64,000 nt of DNA, taken from assembly GCA_048571215.1 (NCBI GenBank), contig CP182352.1, positions 1,024,001 to 1,088,000 of the forward strand. The letters run 5' to 3'. The position numbers and the translations under genes were made by a program. How positions within the stretch are numbered: the first letter of the stretch is position 1; each line of letters opens with the position of its first letter. Source of the DNA: Halarcobacter sp. GTDB lineage: Bacteria; Campylobacterota; Campylobacteria; Campylobacterales; Arcobacteraceae. The notes under the pieces were generated by a model. It was not told where the DNA came from. It ran no database searches and saw only the letters and a list, made by a program, of their open reading frames with translations. Positions 9,614 through 18,325 of this stretch are shown piece by piece.

Positions 9614-10969
9614 TTATAAGTTTCCTTTTTCATTTAAACTTTTTCCAATTGCCAAATATAATTTCCCTAAGGCAATTGTTGTTTCATATTTTGCATTTAA
9701 CATAGAAGCTTCAGTTTGTCTATATAAAGTTTCTTGTTTAAGTAAATCTATCATCGATATAAGTCTATTTTTATACATCTGTTTTGATTGATCTAAAACC
9801 TCATTAGATAACTGTAAGGCCTCAATCTTTTCTTTATAGATTTTTTGTTTTGTTTGAAAATTTAGTATAGATTGTTGAAGTTGTAGTTTAATAGCATCTT
9901 CTAGTTGGTTTTGTTTTAAAACTGTTTTATTAAATTCAATTTTACTTTTTTGTACGTCATATTTTCTGCTAGCATCAAAAAGGGTGATTTTTACTCCAAG
10001 TAAAGCCATATAATAGTCTTTATCTTCATTAAAATCTACAACTCCATCATTTACCCCATATTCTAAGTGAGAATATACCTTAGGGTAGTATGATGATTTG
10101 TTTAAATCAATATTTTTTTTCATCCCTTTTTTATACTCTTCCACCATCTTTAAATCATCCCTAGTATTTAAAGCTTGCGTATATAGTTTTTTTAAATCTT
10201 TATCTTGAAACTTAACTATTTTTAAATCTTTTACATCATCGATATTATCATTAGAAGTTAAAAATTTTAGGTAAGCAAGGGCTAAACTAAATCTATTTTC
10301 AGCTTCAGTTAGTTTACTTTGAATATTAAGCTGATGAACTTTTGCTTGCTTTACATCTATTTTAGTTACATAACCCTCTTTATAAAACTCATCTGCTGAG
10401 ATTACAACTTGTTTTATGGTTTTTTTTGCTTTTTTAACAGCTTTAATAAACTCTTTTGCTACAATAGCTCCATTGTAAGCTTTTAAAACTTCAAACTCTA
10501 AAGATTTTTTATCTAAGTTTAGTTGAAAAAGTTCAGCCTTATGTTTAAGTTTTAATATCTCTTCTTGATTTGAGAGTTGAAAACCTGTAAATAAAGGTAT
10601 ATCATAGGTTATTTTAGAGTTGAAGTTGTTTCTATCTTTGGGATAGTTTAAATCACTTGGTTGAGTATTTATTGGTTGACCAAACTGTGAAAATCCAAAG
10701 TCTTTAAATGAAGCTTCCCTTGATGATAACTTTGAATTAAAAACATAACCAGCATGATTTGTTCTACTTAGTTCATTTACGAAGTTAAGTTCTCCATATG
10801 AAAAAGACTTTACTTTTTCTATGTCACTATTTACTGATTTTAAATTTAATTTTTGAAGTTTTATTTTTTTATTATTTTTTAATGTTTCTTCTAAAACTTC
10901 ATCAAAATTAAATGTTTTAGAATATAAGTTAATAAATATTAATAATACTAATAATAAAATCTTATGCAT
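9614..10969 (-). CDS. TolC family outer membrane efflux protein
   Basis: Signal peptide, two OEP repeats (IPLFTGF; SSYYPKV...ITLFD); first gene of the efflux operon. Confidence 0.9.
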   Translation of the reverse strand: MHKILLLVLLIFINLYSKTFNFDEVLEETLKNNKKIKLQKLNLKSVNSDIEKVKSFSYGELNFVNELSRTNHAGYVFNSKLSSREASFKDFGFSQFGQPINTQPSDLNYPKDRNNFNSKITYDIPLFTGFQLSNQEEILKLKHKAELFQLNLDKKSLEFEVLKAYNGAIVAKEFIKAVKKAKKTIKQVVISADEFYKEGYVTKIDVKQAKVHQLNIQSKLTEAENRFSLALAYLKFLTSNDNIDDVKDLKIVKFQDKDLKKLYTQALNTRDDLKMVEEYKKGMKKNIDLNKSSYYPKVYSHLEYGVNDGVVDFNEDKDYYMALLGVKITLFDASRKYDVQKSKIEFNKTVLKQNQLEDAIKLQLQQSILNFQTKQKIYKEKIEALQLSNEVLDQSKQMYKNRLISMIDLLKQETLYRQTEASMLNAKYETTIALGKLYLAIGKSLNEKGNL

Positions 10970-11160
10970 TACCTATCCTATAGCTTTTTTAGTCTGATAT
11001 TATACATAAATTATTATAAATAAAACTTATTTAGTAGTATTAGATTTATTTATTTTAAATTATATTATTCTATTATAGATATCTTATATTAGATTATTAT
11101 TTAACACTCAATATATTAGTTTCCATTAAATATTGATATAATTAGCAAAAAAGGATAAGA

Positions 11161-11508
11161 ATGTATTGTAAAGATTCAAATAGTTTTGAGAAAAATAATA
11201 TACCAAAAACTGTTAATGCCGAGATTTCAGTTTTAACTCCAAAAGAGGATAAAGATTTTATTGTAAGAAAAATAGTATTAAAAAATGGTGGTTCTATGCC
11301 AAACCATACAAATATGATTCAACATCAACAATATGTTTTAAGTGGTAGTGCAAAGGTTGTAGTAGGAAATGAAACCTATAAAGCAAAACAAGGGGATTTT
11401 ATATATATTCCAGCAGGAGTTAGTCATTATTATGAAGCATGTTACGATAGTGACTATGAGTTTTTATGTATGATTACTACAAAAGAGGATGAAATAGCAT
11501 TTATTTAA
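11161..11508 (+). CDS. Cupin domain protein
   Basis: PNHTNMIQHQQYVLSG and GDFIYIPAGVSHYY; extended -10 TGATATAAT at 11134-11142. Confidence 0.9.
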   Translation: MYCKDSNSFEKNNIPKTVNAEISVLTPKEDKDFIVRKIVLKNGGSMPNHTNMIQHQQYVLSGSAKVVVGNETYKAKQGDFIYIPAGVSHYYEACYDSDYEFLCMITTKEDEIAFI

Positions 11509-11602
11509 GATATTAAATTATTAGTTAATTAAATACTTTTATTATAGATTAAGGCTTCTTATTATATATTTTAGTAATAAAATATTACTAAAAGGAATAA
11601 AA

Positions 11603-11722
11603 ATGAGAAATTTACAATATTATGACTCATCATTTAACTCAAAATTTTCATCAAAAGATATCTTTAGATTTTGTGAAATTGAGTTAGGTATTATAGTTTT
11701 ACTTATGATTGTTTTTTTATAG
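11603..11722 (+). CDS. Putative 39-aa membrane-anchored small protein (not in ORF track)
   Basis: RBS AAGGA, then MRNLQYYDSSFNSKFSSKDIFRFCEIELGIIVLLMIVFL*, with a hydrophobic C-terminus. Confidence 0.45.
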   Translation: MRNLQYYDSSFNSKFSSKDIFRFCEIELGIIVLLMIVFL

Positions 11723-11746
11723 AGTTGGAAGGTATTTATAGTGATG

Positions 11747-12481
11747 TCACTTAAAGGACTGGGCTAAGTTTCCAATAATCAATGCCCAACCATCAATCAC
11801 AATAAAAAAGATGATTTTTATGGGTAGGGATATCATTACAGGCGGTAACATCATCATACCCAAAGACATAAGTATGGAAGCCACAATAATATCTATTACA
11901 AGAAAGGGTAGGAAGATTAAAAATCCTATCTCAAATGCTGTTTTAAGCTCACTTACTATAAATGCTGGCATTAGAAGTGTAGTAGGTACATCATCAATAT
12001 TTTTTGGATTTTCCTCTTTTTTTATTCTATAAAATAAAGCTAAATCAGCTTCTCTTGTATTTTTTATCATAAAATCTTTGAAAGGTTTTATCCCTTTTTC
12101 TAAGGCAACTTCATAGTTTATTTGTTCATCCATATAGGGTTTTATTGCATCATTCCAAGATTTTTTAGCATAGGGTTCCATAATAAAGATTGTTAAAACA
12201 AGTGAAATAGATATTATAATTTGATTTGGAGGGGTTTGTTGAAGTCCCATTGCTTGTCTTAATAATGAAAACACAATCATAAGTCTTGTAAAACTTGTAA
12301 CCATCAAAAGTAGGGTAGGTGCAAGGGCAAGAAGTGCTAGAAGGATTGCTATATTTATTGTTTTTACAAATTGTGCAGGTTCATCAAGAGCTGATACTGA
12401 AAGATTTATAATTGGCGGTCCATCTTGTTGTTGAGCAAATAACGAAGTAGCAAAAATTAATAAAACTATAATATATTTCAA
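11747..12481 (-). CDS. fliP: Flagellar export pore protein FliP
   Basis: TSFTRLMIV, QQTPPNQ, PAFIVSELKTAFEIGF, GMMMLPPVMISLPIK. Confidence 0.97.
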   Translation of the reverse strand: MKYIIVLLIFATSLFAQQQDGPPIINLSVSALDEPAQFVKTINIAILLALLALAPTLLLMVTSFTRLMIVFSLLRQAMGLQQTPPNQIIISISLVLTIFIMEPYAKKSWNDAIKPYMDEQINYEVALEKGIKPFKDFMIKNTREADLALFYRIKKEENPKNIDDVPTTLLMPAFIVSELKTAFEIGFLIFLPFLVIDIIVASILMSLGMMMLPPVMISLPIKIIFFIVIDGWALIIGNLAQSFK

Positions 12482-12542
12482 AAAGTATCCTCAGACAAAA
12501 TAAAAGTTGATAATATCTAAACTATCATTAAATATAAAGAAA

Positions 12543-14318
12543 TCAGTTTTTCTTTATATATCCCAAATCTAAAAGTTTATTATAGATTTTTGTAACAATT
12601 TCACCTGCAGCACTACCACCATGTCCCCCATGTTCAACTAAAACTGTAACTACATATTGAGGGTTTTTATATGGTCCATAGGTTGTTAGCCAAGCGTGAG
12701 ATCTATGGTAATATTCCAATTCACTCTCTTTCATTCTTTTCTTTTCAGATTGTGGTATAGAGATAACTTGTGCTGTACCTGTTTTCCCTGCTATTTTGAT
12801 CTTTAGATTTTTTGTATAGTGACTTCCTGTACCTTTTTCATGATTCATAACATCATACATACCTTGTCTAACTATATTCATATCTTTTTGATTAAAATCA
12901 ACATCTAAAGGCTCTTCGTAATTTAAATCTGAAAAGTGGGGTTTTGGAAGTTTTCCTGTAGCTAAAAATGCTGTATATCTAGCAATTTGCATAGGAGTTA
13001 CCAACATCTGTCCTTGTCCTATAGAGGTGATTACAGTTTCCCCAATATACCAAGGCTCATGATATTTATTCTCTTTCCAAGTTTTATTTGGGTTTGTACC
13101 ATAATGCTCATTATTTAAATCTATCCCTGTTTTTTCTCCAATTCCAAATTTACGTAGTGTTTTTGAGATTTTATTTATACCAACAACTAAACTACCTTTA
13201 TAAAAGAAGTCATCACAACTCTCTCTAATAGCTTTTCTAAAACCAACTATTCCATGTCCTTCATGTTTCCAACATCTAAATTTTCTTTTTCCTAAAGTTA
13301 ATGAACCACTATCATAAACTGTATAATTTGGTTTAATTCCATTTTCTAAAAATGATAGGGCAACACCCATTTTTATAATAGAACCAGGTGGATACATACC
13401 GTTAATTAATTTATTTGTAAAGGGATGATTAAAATCGTTAATCATCTTATTCCAATCAGTAACAGAGATACCATCAACAAAAATATTTGCATCAAATTCT
13501 GGGTATGATGCGGCAACAAGAATTTCGCCTGTTTTTGTATCCATTACAATTACTGAACCACTTTTATGATGAAAAATATCTTTTACATATTTTTGTAATT
13601 CTATATCTAAACTTATTCTTAAATCGTTATTTGAAGAGACCTCTTTTTCATCTAATACCTCTAACTCTTTATTTAAAGCATTTACTTTTATATCTTTATA
13701 ACCTAACTCTCCTTGAAGATGGTTATTGTAATATTTTTCTAATCCCATTTTTCCAATAATATCACTATGTTTTGAAAAGGGGTTATTATTTATATCTAAT
13801 CTTGTAGCCTTACCAACATAACCAATTATATGCACAGCATTCTCTTTATATGGATAGATTCTTTTTACTTCTGATTCTATTTTTATAGTATCCAAAGAGT
13901 TAAATAGGGTATATTTTTCAAAGAATACTTCATAAGGAATATAATCAACAATCTTAACAAAATCGTGTTTATAAGGGGAATCAAGCTTTTTATATTTTTT
14001 TAGTAATTCCTCTTTTGTATATTCAGGAAAATGTTTATTTATCAAAGATATAAGGCTTTCTAAAAGGGCTCTTTTTCTAACTGATTGCAAATGGGGTTTT
14101 ATATTAATTGAAAAACCTAATTTATTCATAGCAAGTGGTTTTCCATTTCTATCACTAATTATACCCCTATTTGGTATAGTATAAACTCTTTTTATATAGT
14201 TGTTCTTTGATAACTCTTCATAATAGGTATTTGATTTGATACTTAAAAAATATACCCTTAATAAAAGTGTTAAAAGTATTAAAGATATGATAATAAATAG
14301 GAAGTTTAATCTTTTCAT
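12543..14318 (-). CDS. mrdA: Penicillin-binding protein 2
   Basis: PNRGIISDRNG, SxxK (PGSIIK), SCD and KTGTAQ motifs. Confidence 0.95.
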   Translation of the reverse strand: MKRLNFLFIIISLILLTLLLRVYFLSIKSNTYYEELSKNNYIKRVYTIPNRGIISDRNGKPLAMNKLGFSINIKPHLQSVRKRALLESLISLINKHFPEYTKEELLKKYKKLDSPYKHDFVKIVDYIPYEVFFEKYTLFNSLDTIKIESEVKRIYPYKENAVHIIGYVGKATRLDINNNPFSKHSDIIGKMGLEKYYNNHLQGELGYKDIKVNALNKELEVLDEKEVSSNNDLRISLDIELQKYVKDIFHHKSGSVIVMDTKTGEILVAASYPEFDANIFVDGISVTDWNKMINDFNHPFTNKLINGMYPPGSIIKMGVALSFLENGIKPNYTVYDSGSLTLGKRKFRCWKHEGHGIVGFRKAIRESCDDFFYKGSLVVGINKISKTLRKFGIGEKTGIDLNNEHYGTNPNKTWKENKYHEPWYIGETVITSIGQGQMLVTPMQIARYTAFLATGKLPKPHFSDLNYEEPLDVDFNQKDMNIVRQGMYDVMNHEKGTGSHYTKNLKIKIAGKTGTAQVISIPQSEKKRMKESELEYYHRSHAWLTTYGPYKNPQYVVTVLVEHGGHGGSAAGEIVTKIYNKLLDLGYIKKN

Positions 14319-14755
14319 ATAAATATCCCAAACACAATAAAATCTATTATTAAATTTATAAATAATATATAATTTAATTGGGAAGTGATTTCATTGTTAA
14401 AAGACCATAAAATAAATATTGCTAGATAAAAAACTGACATATAGATATATGGGGTTGCACTTTCAAAAGATAGAACTCTTTTAATGTACGGTTTTACAAA
14501 AAAGTAGAGAAAACCTGCCAATAAAGATAAAGATAAGGGTTTAAAGCCATTATTTAACTCTATAAACAAAAAAGTTAAAATTACAAAAAACAAAGAGTAA
14601 TAATATTTTTGTTTTATACATAAAAAAAACAGTAAAACTAAGATACCCAAAAACATAATTGGAAAAAAATAAATAGATGAAAGTATATTGATTATTATTA
14701 TATAAAGGCAAAGTATAATTACAAAAATTGGACTATCGTGGTTTGTGACTTTCAT
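14315..14755 (-). CDS. Multi-pass membrane protein, possible divergent MreD
   Basis: Highly hydrophobic 146 aa; stop codon overlaps the mrdA start codon. Confidence 0.55.
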   Translation of the reverse strand: MKVTNHDSPIFVIILCLYIIIINILSSIYFFPIMFLGILVLLFFLCIKQKYYYSLFFVILTFLFIELNNGFKPLSLSLLAGFLYFFVKPYIKRVLSFESATPYIYMSVFYLAIFILWSFNNEITSQLNYILFINLIIDFIVFGIFI

Positions 14756-14820
14756 TATTAATAGGTACTTTAAGTTTTTTATGGATTATATTGAAAAACG
14801 ACTTATATAATAATTGTTTC

Positions 14821-15114
14821 TCATTTAATATTGGATTCTTTTCTTTTTCTTTCTAGGGTTGTCAAATCATAAATATATGAGAAGATTTCTGAAACAGCTT
14901 TATACATCCCTGGAGGAATCTCTTTATCTATATCAATTGCACTAAGAAGTTCTATTAAATCCTCATCTTTTTTTATAGGAATATTATTGTCTTGGGCAAT
15001 TTTTATGATATTTCCTGCAATTTCTCCCTTTCCTTTTGCAACAACTTTTGGTGCATTATCTACCTCTAAGTCGTATTTTAAGGCTGCAGCTTTTTTTATT
15101 TGATTTTCTTCCAT
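14821..15114 (-). CDS. Stand-alone FlhB C-terminal-like (EscU/YscU/HrcU family) protein
   Basis: AAALKYD...APKVVAKGKG...IAQDNNIPI...EIPPGMYKAVSEI. Confidence 0.9.
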   Translation of the reverse strand: MEENQIKKAAALKYDLEVDNAPKVVAKGKGEIAGNIIKIAQDNNIPIKKDEDLIELLSAIDIDKEIPPGMYKAVSEIFSYIYDLTTLERKRKESNIK

Positions 15115-15115
15115 T

Positions 15116-17152
15116 TTAAGCCTTTATATTAACCCCAAAACCTAGATCTAAATCATCTTGGTTAAAAACTGCTTGTTGTTTCTCTTGTACACTTATCTCT
15201 TTGTCTTTTTTTAAATCTACTATTTTTATATTTACAGGGATTAAATCTGCATTATTTAATGCAACTCTTAGTTTTGAAAAGTTTTCTCTGATTGCTTGTT
15301 TAAAACTCTCTTTTGATGCATGGATAGTTAAATCTATTTTATTTTTATCATATATAGATAATAAAAGTTGTGTTTGACCAAACTCTTTTAGATTTAGATT
15401 AATTTCACAATAAAACCTATCTTCACTAAGTTTTTTCATTGAGATATCACCTTCTTCTAACATATCCCAAAAAAATGGAATATATACAGAGTTACTATTT
15501 GTACTTAAGCCTAAAAGTTGATAATATTCTAAATGGGTCACCATTTTATCTACATGTTTTAAAAGTTCAGTAGATTTTGGGTCTGCTTTTGAAGATAACT
15601 CCTCTTGCATTTGCAATAAAAGTGTTTTCATATCATTTTGTACATTATTTTGGGCAGTTTGTTTTGCATCAAGCTTATTATTTATATCTAAGGGGAGATT
15701 ATTTAGTATATTTTCAAGTTTTTCTATAGTTTTTACGATATTTTGTTGCAGATTTAGAGTGTTTGGATTGTTTGCTGAGTTTATTATTGATTCTTTTAGA
15801 TTTAAAATCAAGTTATCAATGTTTGAGCTAAAAAGATTTTGAAAATTGTTTAGGTTTGTACCTTGGTTTTGTATTGCTTGTTGTAGATTTTTTAAATCCA
15901 TTGGTAGTTCTATTTTTGAAAATAGATTTTGAATGTTTAAAAGTTTATCTATGATTTGATTAGCAATTTTTGAATCTATATTTTTCATAGTTGCTAATTC
16001 ATTTTTTAGATTTGTTAAACTCTCTTTTAAGTTTTGTGTTAGTTCAAGCTTTTCATTTACCACAGGCTTATTAGATAGGGTTTTAGCCTCTAAATTTGCA
16101 ATATCTTCACTTAGATTTTTTAGATTATTAACAATATTAGAAAGATTGCTATTTCCATTTTCTGCTGTTTTTATCTCACTTAAATTAACAAGTTGATTTA
16201 GTAAAGCTTTGGGCTCAACTTGGTCTGTATTTTTGGAAAATAGATTATTGTTTATAAGTAGATTATCTATTTGTTTTATAAGTGTTTGTGAGTTTTTTAT
16301 ATTTGGATTGTTTAATAACTCATTTTTTAATTGAGTTAAGGTTTCTCTTGTTTGTGTTACAACTTCATTTTTGATATTGCTTAATTTAGCATTTTCATTA
16401 GTTTTTTGTATATTTTGTGTTTGATTGTTAGTATTTTCAAGTTTTGATTCAACTAATTGGGCATCTAAGGTTATAGATTTTAGTTGGTTTGTTAAGTTTG
16501 TTAGATTTGCCACTTGTTTATCTGGTATATTTTTTGATAAATCTTGAAGTAGTTTTACTAAAAATTTCAAATCAGAACTATTTTGTAAATTAGATGTTTG
16601 ATTTGGGTTCTTATTATTTTGAATTATTTTATCAATTAGGGTTTCTATATTTTTTGCTTCAATACTTGGCATATCTTTTATAATAGTTTTTATTTGATTT
16701 AGAACTTGTTCTAAGTTTTTAGGTAATGCACCTTTTGTTTCTAAACTATTTAATACCTTTGCTTCTTGGAACACTCCAGATTTTGTAATCATCTCCTTTA
16801 AGGATTTTTCATCTAGTGTAGAGATATCTTTAAGTAGATTTTCTAAAGCTGGTTTGAATTTTGCTAAGGAAGGGTCATTTTTCACATTATCTAAAAGTGT
16901 TTTTAGGGAGTTTGTAAAATTACCTAAGTCTTTAAATAGATTTGAGTTTTTTAAGATATTTTCAATAGATGCATTACTTTTGTTTCCAGTTTTTAAATCA
17001 CTAAATAGATTTTTTAAAATATCACTAACATTTTTACTACTATTTTTCAGATTATCTAAGGTTTTTGAGTCAGCCTCTTTCAAAACTTCTTTTAAAACCT
17101 TGTTATCATTGGGAAGTAAAATATTTAATATGCTATTATTAGAAACTATCAT
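15116..17152 (-). CDS. Flagellar hook-length control FliK-like protein
   Basis: Long N/Q/K/L-rich region with C-terminal FYCEINLNLKEFG...LRVALNNADL; adjacent to the FlhB-C-like gene. Probable start ATG 17152. Confidence 0.7.
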   Translation of the reverse strand: MIVSNNSILNILLPNDNKVLKEVLKEADSKTLDNLKNSSKNVSDILKNLFSDLKTGNKSNASIENILKNSNLFKDLGNFTNSLKTLLDNVKNDPSLAKFKPALENLLKDISTLDEKSLKEMITKSGVFQEAKVLNSLETKGALPKNLEQVLNQIKTIIKDMPSIEAKNIETLIDKIIQNNKNPNQTSNLQNSSDLKFLVKLLQDLSKNIPDKQVANLTNLTNQLKSITLDAQLVESKLENTNNQTQNIQKTNENAKLSNIKNEVVTQTRETLTQLKNELLNNPNIKNSQTLIKQIDNLLINNNLFSKNTDQVEPKALLNQLVNLSEIKTAENGNSNLSNIVNNLKNLSEDIANLEAKTLSNKPVVNEKLELTQNLKESLTNLKNELATMKNIDSKIANQIIDKLLNIQNLFSKIELPMDLKNLQQAIQNQGTNLNNFQNLFSSNIDNLILNLKESIINSANNPNTLNLQQNIVKTIEKLENILNNLPLDINNKLDAKQTAQNNVQNDMKTLLLQMQEELSSKADPKSTELLKHVDKMVTHLEYYQLLGLSTNSNSVYIPFFWDMLEEGDISMKKLSEDRFYCEINLNLKEFGQTQLLLSIYDKNKIDLTIHASKESFKQAIRENFSKLRVALNNADLIPVNIKIVDLKKDKEISVQEKQQAVFNQDDLDLGFGVNIKA

Positions 17153-17239
17153 AAGTTTAAGTATATCATAAAATATACTCAATCTAATTGACATGAAAAG
17201 TAATTTTTTGTACAATTTTGTCTTTAAATAAGGTTTTAA

Positions 17240-17614
17240 ATGAGTTATAAAGTAGTAGTACCTATCGATGGATGTGAAGAGGAAACAGAGTTTACCTTTA
17301 CAAAATTAGATGATTTTTTTTCTTTAATACAAGGAATTGATACTGGTGTAAAGTTAAGATTGATGAGCTTTGGGGCTTTAAAATCACTTGCATATGAGTT
17401 TCCAGATGATTTTAAAGAGAAACTAGAAATTGAATCTTTAGATGATATCTCCATGTACTATATTTTTGTTTTACAATCGCATGTTTCAGACTCATCTTTA
17501 GATGTCTCATCTCCAATAATCATAAATAATAAGTCAAAGAAAATGGGTCAAATCCACGTAAATCTTTCAGAATTAGGCATAGATATACTAAACGACAAAC
17601 TACCAAAAAATTAA
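17240..17614 (+). CDS. fliW: Flagellar assembly factor FliW-like (divergent)
   Basis: PIDGCEE...LDDFFSLI...SPIIINNKSKKMGQI pattern; size fits. Confidence 0.72.
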   Translation: MSYKVVVPIDGCEEETEFTFTKLDDFFSLIQGIDTGVKLRLMSFGALKSLAYEFPDDFKEKLEIESLDDISMYYIFVLQSHVSDSSLDVSSPIIINNKSKKMGQIHVNLSELGIDILNDKLPKN

Positions 17615-17624
17615 GGAAGTAAAA

Positions 17625-17972
17625 TTGAATAATATTATAATCTGGCATAATCCTAGATGTTCAAAATCTAGAAATGCTTTGAATTATCTAGAAGAAAAAG
17701 GTATAAAACCACAAATCATAAAATATTTAGATGAAACACCAAGCTTTGAAGAGTTAAAGGAGATTTTAAAACTTTTAAATATGGATGCAAAAGAGCTTAT
17801 GCGAAAAGGTGAATCAATCTATAAAGAGTTAAATCTTAAAGAAGTAGATGACGAAGATAGTTTAGTAAAAGCTATGGTGGAGAATCCAAAATTAATAGAA
17901 AGACCAATTATCATAAATGGTAACAAAGCTGTTGTTGCAAGACCACTAGAAAATATTGATACAATCTTATAA
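17625..17972 (+). CDS. arsC: Arsenate reductase (glutaredoxin-type, ArsC family)
   Basis: HNPRCSKSR and NPKLIERPI...ARP. Confidence 0.9.
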   Translation: MNNIIIWHNPRCSKSRNALNYLEEKGIKPQIIKYLDETPSFEELKEILKLLNMDAKELMRKGESIYKELNLKEVDDEDSLVKAMVENPKLIERPIIINGNKAVVARPLENIDTIL

Positions 17973-18325
17973 TGCATGATAAACAATTAAGAATAAGATA
18001 TATTAGAGTTCTTGAAAAGTTTTTCACAAGAACCTTATCTTTACTAAAATTAGAAAATTTTGATAAACAACTTTTTATAGAAAGAACTCTTAAAAACTAC
18101 GAAGATTTAAAAAGAGTTAAGGCAATAGAGCTTAATTCTCAATATCTAACAGGTTTAATAAACTTTATAAATAAAACTTTAGATTACACACAAAACTCTT
18201 CGGATAGTTTTGAAGATGAGCGAAATACCTTATTAAAAGATGCAAATCTCTTACAAAAAGAGAAAAATCAAAGTGCTTACAAAAAAGAGAAACACAAAAA
18301 AGCTAAATTTGATGATGGCTATTAA
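17972..18325 (+). CDS. Hypothetical helical protein
   Basis: 117-aa ORF with 1-bp stop/start overlaps on both sides. Confidence 0.75.
   Translation: MHDKQLRIRYIRVLEKFFTRTLSLLKLENFDKQLFIERTLKNYEDLKRVKAIELNSQYLTGLINFINKTLDYTQNSSDSFEDERNTLLKDANLLQKEKNQSAYKKEKHKKAKFDDGY

Noticed and set aside
10970..11160. Repeated TATTAG(A/T)TT words in the tolC-cupin divergent region
   Set aside because: Irregular spacing in an extremely AT-rich stretch; not distinguishable from chance by eye.
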